A stretch of DNA of 64,000 nt, taken from NCBI GenBank assembly GCA_973895155.1, contig OZ316899.1, positions 4,281,241-4,345,240 on the forward strand, written 5' to 3'. This document shows, one piece after another, positions 12,096-22,867 of the stretch (position 1 is its first letter; every line of letters begins with the position of its first letter). The translations under genes were made by a program, and so were the position numbers. Under the pieces are notes generated by a model. The model ran no database searches, was not told the origin of the DNA, and was given only the letters and a program-made list of their open reading frames with translations. This DNA comes from Marsupella aquatica (lineage: Eukaryota > Plantae > Marchantiophyta).

Positions 12096-14771
12096 ATGTC
12101 GCACATGATCCTTTCCAGTTTGGCCATACGATTTTGGACGCAGTTCTTGTCTATCGGAGGGCACTTGGCCGACTCGTTGAAACACACCAACCCGCGACGA
12201 TACGAGATTGAACGCGAGTACGAGAGAGCCATCCGCCTAGCAGGCCGCCATCACTATCTCCTTAACTTTGATTACCCATCCCAGAGCGAGCTTTACCGAC
12301 CCAAAGAAATATCAGGGTACTTCTTCAACGGAGGCAAATATATCAATTTCTAGGAGGCATTGCTTTGGCTCCCGGATGAGGTCTTCAATATCCCGGGCAC
12401 AATCAACTTACAGCGGCACCACTTTGACCACATTCCCGCTCGGGTCCGGGACATCATCAATAGCGAGCCCAGCGCTACCCGATCTACAAGGGCGCCTACA
12501 CTTGCGTCAGAAAACCTCTACCGGCACCTACAGAATTTCATGGCAACCACACCATCGACCACCGGTGCCAGCCCAGCCATGCCCGCACCAGCACCAGCTC
12601 AGGCTCAGGCTCAGGGTCAGGCTCAGGCTCAGGGTCTGCCTTAGCTTAGCCAACCCCCGCCCCTACAGGTGAGATCCGTCATCAACGCTGTGGACGTCAG
12701 CGACGACAAAGAGGCTACCTTACCCCTGCTCAGGCGGCCTAGAGGAGTAAGTACCCAGGGAGCCGGCACTACATCGCCCCTTCCCGAGGCCCGGACCAGA
12801 GTAGCGGCTCCAACGGACAACACGGTGACCGTAGCCGCCCTGGCCCCAATACTAACGGCAGTGGCACTACCTACACCCGATTGAGAGGATGGGGAGGTGT
12901 CACCTTCCCCGAGCCAGTCTTGGGGAAGGAAGAGGAAGGAACCCACAACTATATCCGGGCTACCCATGGCCACGGTAGCCGCGGCCAAGGTAACAATGCA
13001 CCGCATGGGGGAAAACGTGCATAAGAACATCCTCCACCCAAAACATGCGGTGTACTTGAAGACTCAGGGGTTCGAGCACCTCGCCTCTCTCCCCTGGAAC
13101 ACCTACAGATACTACAGGGAGGACATGACGGAGTTCGTCAAGAATTATGATGACGTCCGTCAGCATACTGGGCTGCAGGGGAGGAATATGTCCTTCACAG
13201 AGGAACGGCTCAGGATGATCTTTGGGCTACCCGAAGGCGATCACCGAGTCAAATCACGGGCTCCCGGGGGCAAGGGAGCCAAATACCAATCCTCTAGTTT
13301 TCCCTCCGAGGGGTCAGTGGACAACGGGTTCGTGATGAGGACCTACCTCATCCCCGAGATAGTTGAGCGGCTGGAGTTCCAAAGGTACGCCCTCCACATG
13401 ATGGAACCCTGGGGCAAGATCTCCGCTGCCCAGGTTATCCAGGTCAAGAACTATCGACCTAGGAAAAGGGCTTTGTACTTCGCTAAGAAGTTCCATGAAG
13501 AGATGGAGCAGCAAAGGAAGTCGCTATACATCGGCGGGAAGGCATATTTTGCAAGCCACATCGAGATCATTCTCGAGTGGTACGCCCGGTTTGATCGACG
13601 AACCCTTCCCCAGGTCAACGTAACTAAGTTGGTCCCAACTAAGTGGATCTTCCCGGCCTTGGAGAGACGGCCTCAACCCGAGGCCCAAAGTCCGGCGGCG
13701 ACGCAGGCCTCACCCATCCAACCTCCACAGGTAGCAGTAGCCGTGGCCAAAGAAGTACCGGAAGAGGCAGTGATTGCAACCTTAGACGCGATCAACCAGG
13801 CCGGGCCTAGTGCAAAAGTCAGGGCGGTGGAGGCCTTGCCCAAGCCCGAAGGTCCAGAAGACCCACCAATGGCTATTCCAAAGGACGACCTGATGGTGGA
13901 GGAGGACACTCCAGCCCCTTCCAACACTACATCCCCAGGGCTGGATGTCACTACCCCGGCTCCCACGCGAGTTAACGTCTGCCCGTGCCCAAATCCAGAC
14001 GGGCATAACCTGGACCACCCGGAACTCTTCGTACCGGGTACATTTCTAAATGGGATTTTGGGAGATTTCTCCGAACAGATAGCCCAGGATACCGGGGAGT
14101 TCATGGCTTGGAAGGTAGCCTACTTCTTCAATCAGGAGTTGGTTACCGCAATAAAAGCAGGTTGGGCTCAGTCGGAGGCCCTTCAGCGGATAGAGCGGTA
14201 CCGGGTTGAATCTGTGTACCTAAAGGATGAAGTTGTAGCTCAAGAGGCTTAGTTTGTGCAACTACGACCCAAGGTTGTAGTCGCCGATGAGTTGTTAGCA
14301 AATGCGCATGCCCTTACCGCCTTGGCCAAACAAGCCAAAGCCGGGAAGGAGGCCGAGATTGCACGGCTCCAGACCCAGGTTGACAGTTTGAAGAACCCAA
14401 CTGTCATCTGGCAAAAAGACCTAGAGGAGGCCGAAGAGCGGGCCCAGCGTGACACTGTGGAGATTGCCACCATGCAGGCCGAAGTGGCACGGCTTCAAGC
14501 CGAAGCCGAGAAACAGACCCAGGTGGTGGACAAGCTGACGAGCAACTGGAAGAGGCATGCCAAGAGGCAGCTGGGGAGGTGGACGCGGCGAAGCAAGAAA
14601 ACAAATCTTTGCTGGACTTTCCCCAAAAAAAAATTCAAAAAAAAATTTTCCAAAAAAATTCCAAAAAAAATTCCAAATTTTTTCCACCCGTTTGCTGTTA
14701 CGAGTAACTATTTGTTGTTTGCTGTTTGCTGTCACGGTGGTTATACCCAGAATAGACTTAGGAGTAGCTAA
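12096..14771 (+). pseudogene. Family A LTR-encoded protein (~880 codons, one frame, four in-frame stops, garbled 3' end)
   Basis: ORF-track pieces 12096, 12360, 12669, 12897 and 14256 are all in the same frame, separated by single TAG/TGA codons; colinear with 35607-38207. Confidence 0.85.
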
Positions 14772-16199
14772 AACAGGCTGGTAGGACAAGTGCCGGCCAG
14801 AAGATAGTGGCGCTGACACATTAGCCAGCCTATGTAGAATAGGTTAGACTAATAGGACAAGCAGGCACCAGCTTAGTAGGGATATAAGTTAGTGTAGATT
14901 CGGGCACAAGGCCAGGCCGGTCCTCAGCCCTTAGTATTTAGCGGCCCCCCTAGTAGAGGTTAGGGAGGGGGTTTTTAGACTCAAAAGTTGGCCATTCACT
15001 GTACGCATGGGGAGTCCCAAACTCAGTGAAGTACCGGAGTACCAAGGGGAGGGTATACGACTAAGCTCATTGGGCGAGTGCGGAGCTGGGCTCTATTGTA
15101 GTTTATACTCCTCGGCCTTGGGCCCGGTCGTTCACGAGGTGTCGGGTCAACCAATCGTAAAGTGTATGATCATAAATGAATGAAATCCTTTCTCCTTAAT
15201 TCCTTCGTGTAAATCAAGATTTCTGTTATGTATGTATGCATGTATGAGTCTCGTGTGCAAGTATCAATGTCGGGCCGAACATGTTATGCCAACTGTGCAC
15301 GGGGTGCAGGATATGGGTACGGGGTTGCGAGCCCGAGTTGAGCTCTTGTACTAACAGATCCGGATCGAAGGCGGTAACATGAAGGCTTAGAAGTCCATGA
15401 GCCGGGGTCGACCCCATGTTGACTAAGGTATGTTCCGGTGGCAGAACACAAACTATACCTAGGAGGTGTCTGTACATAACAGTAAGCGCACTTAGCGCTA
15501 GTTTACGTGAATTAGGAGCATTTCGTGCGTCCCTCCCTGCCCGAACCCTCATATTCACAAAGGATGTGCCTGTCTAAGCCAAAGCCTGGGTTAAGGCCTA
15601 GGCTGACGACGTGACAACCACCACCACAACCCCTTGCAGGCCAAGACTTACCTCCACCACTACGGCCGGAACCTCCAGACTGGCTAACAACTCAACCACT
15701 GTCAGCATGAGATGGTGTCGGCACATGAACATCTTGGACTGTCAAGAAGCACCTGGTACAATATCAAGGCCAACCCTAAACTGACAAGGAGCAACATCAC
15801 CCCCTTGGCCACCTCTAGCAGCAGGAACCCAAGATGCACTACCAACCCCTTGGCAACCTCTAGCAGCTGGAACCCAAGACGTACTACCAACCCCTTGTCC
15901 ACCTCCAGCAATTGGAACTTGGGACTCACTACCACCACTCCTGCCTGGTAATCTCCGACAAGGAGGCATATCACCTCCAGTGCTCTCCATCCAACAAGTG
16001 GGGCCACCTACACCCCTACCAAACTGGTGATGTCCCCTGACCAACCATGTGCACTAGTAGAAGGTCTTACTGGAGCCTCGGCCACACTCCCTTCCAAGGG
16101 ACTGTCCTCCTTGTCCTTCCCCTCAGCATCCTCTTGACTACTGTCCAAGTGCTCCTCACCCCCTCATCATCTTGCACATTACATTAATCCCAAATCCAT

Positions 16200-16600
16200 A
16201 CATGTCATTCAATTCTGCATGTATGAAATGTACATTTGCGGCTTGCTCCGTACAGTGCAATTCTCTCCAAATGGTTTGAAGACGTTGTGGTTAGTGATTG
16301 TTTTGTGCTCTTCCAAGAGTTGTTGTAGGGCAAATCAGAAAAACATAGTCTGTCTGGGATTTCACATCTGCTGGGTCAGACAGGTAATCGGCGTCTCTTT
16401 TATTTATGTGCCTTCAGTTGTTTTGGCTGTGATGTGCAATACCTCCCTTGAGTCACTAATACTTGTGTGGATGTGTAGGCCGTTCTCTCTAATGTCTTTG
16501 AAGCTGAGGAGGTTCCGTGTAGCTTTTGGGGTGTAAATTGCCAATTTTATGTGGATGACTGTGCCACTAGGTAGGATCAGCTTGGCTGGGGTTTGTGGTA
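16200..16600 (-). mobile_element. Internally deleted Bianca-type copia fragment, protease region joined to RNase H
   Basis: Minus strand reads AIYTPKATRNLLSFKDIRENGLHI (cf. AIYAPKATKNLLSFEDVRANKLHI in ORF 6453), then DPADVKSQTDYVF and SNHLERIALY (cf. RH at 9540-9680). Confidence 0.8.
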
Positions 16601-17126
16601 AACAGAGATTTGACCATGAGTTACAACACCGTTTTCCTTTTTCCTCACATTGTTAGTTGACTCATTCCAATCACAAAACACAATATACCAAGGAAAGGAA
16701 GCCATGAGGATAATGTGCCGTAGTTCTAGAATCATAGTTGTAGCCCCAACTAAAAGAATATTTGTGAGAGTAAATGTGTTATCAACAAGATTGCCGGTAT
16801 ATCAGCTCACACATTTTGCTACTCAGGGGCCAAATTAAATCAGTGGGTTCAGGCTTGTTTGTAGTTGTTTATGTGGGCCAAGGAGAGAAATTGTGCCAAA
16901 GTTAGTCCAACTACAGGAAATTGAGGATCTCTTCAAGAGAGTAGGGCTTAAATGGTTTTTGCCATTTTGCTCAAACTTAATAAGTACATATCTCTCATAT
17001 TTGACTTAATTTTCCTATTTGTTATATGAGGACTCCATTCTAGGATAAGCAATAACAAACAATGTCAAAACTACTCATGCCTAGATCCTGACAGTCCACA
17101 TGATTGAATGCTTTGGTTAAATATAT

Positions 17127-17717
17127 TAGCTTTTTACTAGCCTATCCCCCAAACTGTCAGTAATTATCAACCTGGCCCCCAAACTATCTTAACTCCTAAG
17201 TTGACCCCCTTTTCAAATATGGGTTACTCTAACTCTTGTACTTAACCTGAGGTAGTTCTGCATTACTCGCTTGGTGTGTGGCAAGGCACTATTGAACACG
17301 TCAAACCCCAGCCAATTCTACCCTAACCCGGGCTGACTCACTCCCATTATGAAAATTTAGGGAGTACCTGCAGGCCGGCAAAGGGAAGGAAGGGGTAGAT
17401 AATACTGTTGTCAGGCCTGCCATTGCAGGGTAAACAGGTCGGGGCTGCCTTAGTGCATGCAAGGGAGCCAGCCTGGTACTCCTTAAATAGTTAAAATGGA
17501 AATGGGTCAGCCCAGTTTAGGGTAGAACCAGCCAGGGTTTTGGGTGGAAAATAGCACCTTGCCATGTGGCAGGCAAACAATGCAGAACAATCTCGGGCTA
17601 AGTAGAGGAGTTAGAGTAACCAATATTCCAAAAAAAGGGTCAACTTAGGAACTAAAATGTTTGTGGGACAGGTTAATAATTACGGGTCAGTTTGGAGGAT
17701 AGGCTAGTAAAAAGCTG
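17127..17717. mobile_element. Non-autonomous foldback / Mutator-like MITE, 591 bp, TIRs about 245 bp
   Basis: AGCTTTTTACTAGCC...GGAGTACC is inverted at GGTACTCC...GGCTAGTAAAAAGCT; 9-bp flanks TAAATATAT / TATATATAT match at 8 of 9. Confidence 0.85.
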
Positions 17718-18701
17718 TATATATATGCTAATGTACAATTTTCAAAACATATAGCTTGTATAATTGCAAACTTGCCATGCCGTGTGTACTTTAATTTACT
17801 CTGACTTAGTTTGGTCAAGGACATAATTACTAAATTATATTTGACCTAGTTAAGATAGATATTGGTATCTAGATGATGAACATTGGCCATATATGGCTCT
17901 TCATAATACCCTTACCTTACGTCCACCTGGCCTTGGTGCTCAGTAGATCAACTACCAAAAACTATGTCATCCATAACGGGTATTGTTTTGACAAGAAAAC
18001 TAAAATGGGATGTTGGAAACACAAGTAAGGAGGTCAATTACATAGGTTATAGCAAAATTGCCCCATTTCAATGTACCTGCTAATGTATAGCAAAATGCCA
18101 CAATTTTGGTATTATATGCTATATGACAAAACAGGATTTGAGATGATTGACATATATATATATATACACAAAAGCAAAGGTAATACTGGAAATAAGTCAA
18201 ACCATACCATTAGTAAATTGTAATTATCATAATCTCTATGGCAAACATTACACATGCTTTGGGGGAATTGATGCCCAAATCAGTAAAAACAAATCATGGT
18301 GAGGTGATAATCTCATTGCAAATAATCAAACTGACATGTGCTTAGCTATACATCAAGTATGATTTGTCCATCAATTCTCTCAAAGCATGAATCAGGACAA
18401 TATGTTGCATAAATAATCATTTCAAAATATTCTATCATGATATATATACATTCTTACCTAACTTTTCTATAAACAAGAGGTACATGCACAACAACTTGCA
18501 AATTTTGCAGCTAGTGTGCCTAGAGGAAAACTGGTCAACTTAAGTGGCTGTCTTTTAAGCTTCTAGTGTGATCTAATTACTGTTGGAGGAAGCTTGACTC
18601 TGATAAACATGACGATTAATTGAAATCTTGTGAGCCTCAATTTCAACCTAAAATGCAACATCCTCCTGTTCATGTATGATTCTTAATGTTGATCCTACTT
18701 A

Positions 18702-18833
<132 letters not shown>

Positions 18834-19022
18834 TCAGATGGATAGACTCCAATTTTTTCAAATTTCAAGAGTTCTCACTGTTTTGAAATAGCTTTGCACC
18901 TTGCATAAATCTCAAATAATGCTTGAATGAAAATAAGACATGTTCTGTAGGAAACCCTAAGTAAGCCCACCCAAACCTCCAAGGGATGGAATTTATTGTC
19001 TCTCAAAATCTGGAGGGGATAC

Positions 19023-19142
19023 CTGGTCTTGACGATCTTTTAGTTTCACTTTGCCATCTATCCTGCAAGAGTTCATACCAATCTCATGCAAGTAATATTC
19101 CAAAATATCCAGCATCCTAGTCATCTGCGAGAATATGAGTAC
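19023..19142 (-). CDS. DDM1: Internal exon of SNF2-family (DDM1/LSH-like) remodeler, motif IV region
   Basis: 120 nt, CAG| and |GT splice sites: VLIFSQMTRMLDILEYYLHEIGMNSCRIDGKVKLKDRQDQ; joins in frame to 18711-18830 across a 192-nt GT-AG intron; CRIDGxVKL resembles DDM1. Confidence 0.85.
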
Positions 19143-19866
19143 CTGCAAGTTGAAAAATTTTCAAGGGGATCATCATCAGTCAAAGTGAATGCAAAAGTAT
19201 TCTTGAGAAAGAAAGTTGTATGGCAAGCTTGAAGAAGTTAATCCCAGATGGACTTTGCACTTGAACGTTACCTCTTGGATGGAATGTACAGCGGTGATAC
19301 CTGTCCCTAAGGCACCACTAAGTTTGCAATTTGATTATAAACTCATCAGGTATATTTGTAAGCATAGGAAGTGATAAAGTTTTGTAAATTTATCAAAAAC
19401 TAGACTAATGGTCTAGAATACCACGGAACCCCCTAAAACATGACGGAATGGCGGTACAAACTATAAAGCAAGATGGCATAAGTACGTTTAGGGCAGTGGC
19501 CAGTAATGAATGTTTAGAGGTATAGGGCAAAGTCTCTGGTGGACATACGGTCCCGCTTCACTTAAATGGCCAGGTTGGGTGTTGAGGGTATCTTGTGGTA
19601 ACAAGCCTGTTGAGGAAGTTGCTATTTTTCAATTTCAGTTATCAATAGAAGGCAAAGCTCAACTGATGGCTGACAATAGCAATCTTGCTGAGCATGGGGG
19701 AATTGCATTATTTGTCTGGCTGTAAACAAAAGTGGTATACTAGCATAAATCAGGCACAGCATTTCTGGGGATGCCTATTGAAAGAGGCTAGTAAGTTAGT
19801 TGCAACTTAAAAGTTTGAAGAGACAGAGCAAGCTACGCAATAAAGAGTAGAGCCTGATTGATCACC

Positions 19867-20152
19867 TGTGGAAGTTGCATTGTACTGTCTTGCTTTCTAG
19901 GTGGCCATTTTATTAAGGCAACACTCTTGTGGGCCCATGGACGCAATCTATATATTGTTCTTCTAAGCAACATTGGACCTTACTTGTCAGGAACAACTGC
20001 AACTTGGAAGTGGGAGCTTGTCTTAGGAGCGGGCTTAGGACGCAAAACATCTGATCAAGCCAAGAAGTGCAAGAGGATAGTAAATTCAGCCCCTTTGAGC
20101 CAGACAAGGAAGGCCAGGTAGTGACAAGCAAGCCAAAACCCAGCAGCACCAG
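19867..20152 (-). repeat. Probable distal part of a minus-strand copia 3' LTR, split by the 20153-52486 insertion (other part 52487-52939)
   Basis: TSD ACCAG joins it to 52487; the minus strand ends ...TTCCACA at 19867. This boundary is tentative. Confidence 0.4.
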
Positions 20153-22030
20153 TGTGACATCGCCAGCACGACGGTTAATGAGTGATCCGGTCTAATCCGT
20201 GCTTAGCGCGCGCGCTAAGGACATAGTAGTCCGTAATAATTAGCATAACGACACTAAAATAGGTAGTAACCATGACTAGGACATCATTAGTCAATAAGGA
20301 GCATTTACGCTTGGGCTAGCGGTGGAGCACCATTCGTACCCCGGGTCACAAGCGTGTAGGGATGCACCCTTTGGTCCGTATAATGAATCAAGGGGGCGGC
20401 TCACTGACATGCTCTGACCCGGACCTGCGGAGTGGCCGGTACACTGCAAGCGTGAAAGGATCGGCCTATCACAAGGAGGAAGGGACCGTTTGGCCAATGA
20501 GCCCTCAGGGTATAAAAGGCGGGCCATTCTCTTGTGAAGCACCACCACTTCACCCTTTGCGCCAGCTTCGATCCCAACTTACTTGTTTGCTCCTCAGTCA
20601 CCCACCCCCGTTCCCTATATGTCTGTCACGATTATGTCCAGTTCTGCCCTTTGATTTTGGCTTCAATTTCTATCCATCGGAAATCATTTAGTGAAGTCGC
20701 TGGCCGAGGTCAACCCGCGCCGATACAAAACCGAAAGGCAGTATAAATGACTCATCCGCTTAGCCGGGTGCTCTCACTATAACGGAGATTTTAGCCTCCC
20801 GTTCTAGAGCAAGCTCTATCGTCAACACTTCTTCGACGGCCCAAAGTACGGTGGTTTCCAGGAAGCCCTCCTTCGGCTTCCGGATAAGGTCTTCATACTC
20901 CCGGGCATGATCAACTTACAACGACACCACTTCAATCATATCCCCGCCAAAGTCTAGGCTTCCATAGACTATTAGTTTGGTACTGCAGCTACGGGCGAGA
21001 CATCTATCCTAACCTCACTCGGCTTCCCCTCAGACTTGCTGAATCATATGGCACCTCTTCCAGCTACAACCATCCAACTCATCGGTGCTCGCGCCAACAC
21101 CACCTTGGCCTCAGCCAAGCCGATCTCCACCACCGGTCGCACCACCCCTCCGGGTGTGATCCATGGCAAATTTGGTCAATATCAGTTCCGAAGACGAGGA
21201 AGCTCACCCTCCCCTGAACTGGTGACCTTGAGGTGCAAATCAGCATGCACCGGGCAACCCAACACCACTCACACAAGCCCGGGTGGATGACACGGTGACA
21301 ATAGCAGCCCCAACACCAGTGCTTAGGGCAGTAGCTCTGCTGCCGCCCAATAGAGAGGATGGGGAGATGTCCCCCTCTTCAAGTCACCTGAAGAACCAGT
21401 CTCGGGGTAGGAAGAGAAAGGAACCCGCAACCGTATCTAGGCTGCCTTTGGCCACGGTTGTGGTGGCCAAGCTGACCATGCATCGCATGGGGGAGAATGT
21501 CCACAAGAACATCCTCCACCCCAAGCATGCATGCTACTTGAAGACCCAAGGGTTTGATCACCTTGCCTCTCTTCCTTGGAATGGAAGCAGGTATTACGGG
21601 CAGGACATGATGGAGTTCATCCAGAACTTTGATGAAGCCCGCCAACAAACCCGAGCGCATGGGAGAGTGATGTCCCTCAATGAGGCACGTCTTAAGATGA
21701 TCTTCAGCCTACCCAAAGGAATAAATCGGGTGGAATCACGGGCTCCCTGCATTACTCTGGGGTAATGCCCTTAAGCTCGGGTGGATGACACGGTGACAAT
21801 AGAAGCCCTTAAGCCGGGGTTGATCCAACTATCGACTTAAGGTACGTTCCAAAAGTAGAACACAAACTATACCCATGACATTTCTATACAAAGGAATAGG
21901 CGCACTTAGTGCTAGATTATGGGAATAAGGTTCAGTTTGCACATCCCTCCTTGTTTGAACCCTCAAAACTAATGAAGATTATGCCCGTCTAAGCCAAAAT
22001 CCTCGCAAGGACAAAGCTTATGGCGTGACA
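20153..22030 (+). repeat. 5' LTR (family A) with ~2.1-kb internal deletion
   Basis: TGTGACA...CGTGACA; homology to other copies jumps from mid-ORF (21746) to the 3' part (about 21801). Confidence 0.88.
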
Positions 22031-22043
22031 TAGCCTTTGTTTT

Positions 22044-22061
22044 TGGCGCTAGATGGAGGGG
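22044..22061 (+). promoter_or_regulatory. PBS, tRNA-Asn type (TGGCGCTAGATGGAGGGG), 13 nt from the LTR
   Basis: Near-complement of the plant tRNA-Asn 3' end CCCUCCUUCUAGCGCCA (recalled); T-rich spacer as in Athila. Confidence 0.65.
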
Positions 22062-22867
22062 GTGTTCTACGTATAGTAGAATGGAGACATGTGCATATGT
22101 ACCTGATCACGGGACCTTGGGCCCCTGATAGTTGTTAATCATTGCATTTATAAGAGTAAATGCCCGTCACTTGTTCTCAAGTGGCGTACTTGAGGAGATT
22201 GACAAGCAAACAAGAGAGTGCAACCACAACAAGCTCCAAATATTTAGGCTCGGAGGACTCACAATTTCCTCAATAGATGAACATACCACCGGGACCTTCG
22301 GGATCCGGTCCAGCCGGTCCTGCTCTGGTACCTGCTGCACCACCACTAGCGCCACTGCCACCACCGGTACCCACGGCAGCAGCCCCTCCGGCTGTGGCTC
22401 GCATTGCCCAAGCTCCCCCACAAGTATCACAATGATCGCGGTTTCATTATCAACCTTTCAAAGGACGTCATGGGGACGATCCAAATGAATGGCTGGATGA
22501 GTTTGAAGCCACTGCTAAGGCCAACGGAGAGGATGCCATTAAGTTGACCATTCTCCCCGGAGTAATGCAAGGAGAAGCTTGTCCATGGTACAACTCGCTG
22601 CAGCCCGGGATCACATGGCCACAATTCCAAGCTGCGTTGCTACAAGAGTTTCGTGCCATTGGAGCGGAGCAGAGTTCCTTGTTGAAGATTGGTCAGCTTC
22701 GCATGGGAAAGGAGTCCTTGCAAAAAATTATTCAAAAGTTCCAGAAACTTGCTGCCAAGATCCGGCCTAGGCCAGGTGATGCGCTCTAGCTTACATGGTT
22801 TCTACATAGATTGCCCACAAATATGCAATTTTGGGTGCGCCAGAATAACCCAATTTCAATGCAAGCA

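Larger units (their letters stand above)
11631..15616 (+). mobile_element. Solo LTR, family A (3,986 bp), containing a long ORF
   Basis: TGTGACG...CGTGACA termini; TSD ACCAT/ACCAC; homologous to the LTRs flanking 20153-52486. Confidence 0.92.
11263..16140 (-). pseudogene. Degenerate Gly/Ser-rich repetitive ORF of unknown origin, split by the solo LTR at 11631-15616
   Basis: Repeated SGGGESWxxG, PPCQF and SQSGGS units on both sides of the insertion (11263-11630 and 15617-16140); the TSD shows the halves were contiguous. Confidence 0.5.

Noticed and set aside
18345-18420. Minus-strand CFERIDGQII resembling the SNF2 RIDG motif
   Set aside because: The flanking residues do not match, a stop follows within a few codons, and the real RIDG exon is at 19023-19142; treated as chance.
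19220-19300. Possible small exon (AG...GTAACG) upstream of the VLIF exon
   Set aside because: No frame resembles the expected DDM1 sequence (GK..LL.RLL..L....HK).
20153-22030. Reading the 1.9-kb A copy as a solo LTR
   Set aside because: Its flanks (ACCAG / TAGCC) do not match, it is followed by a PBS, and the matching ACCAG is at 52487; it is the 5' LTR of the large element.
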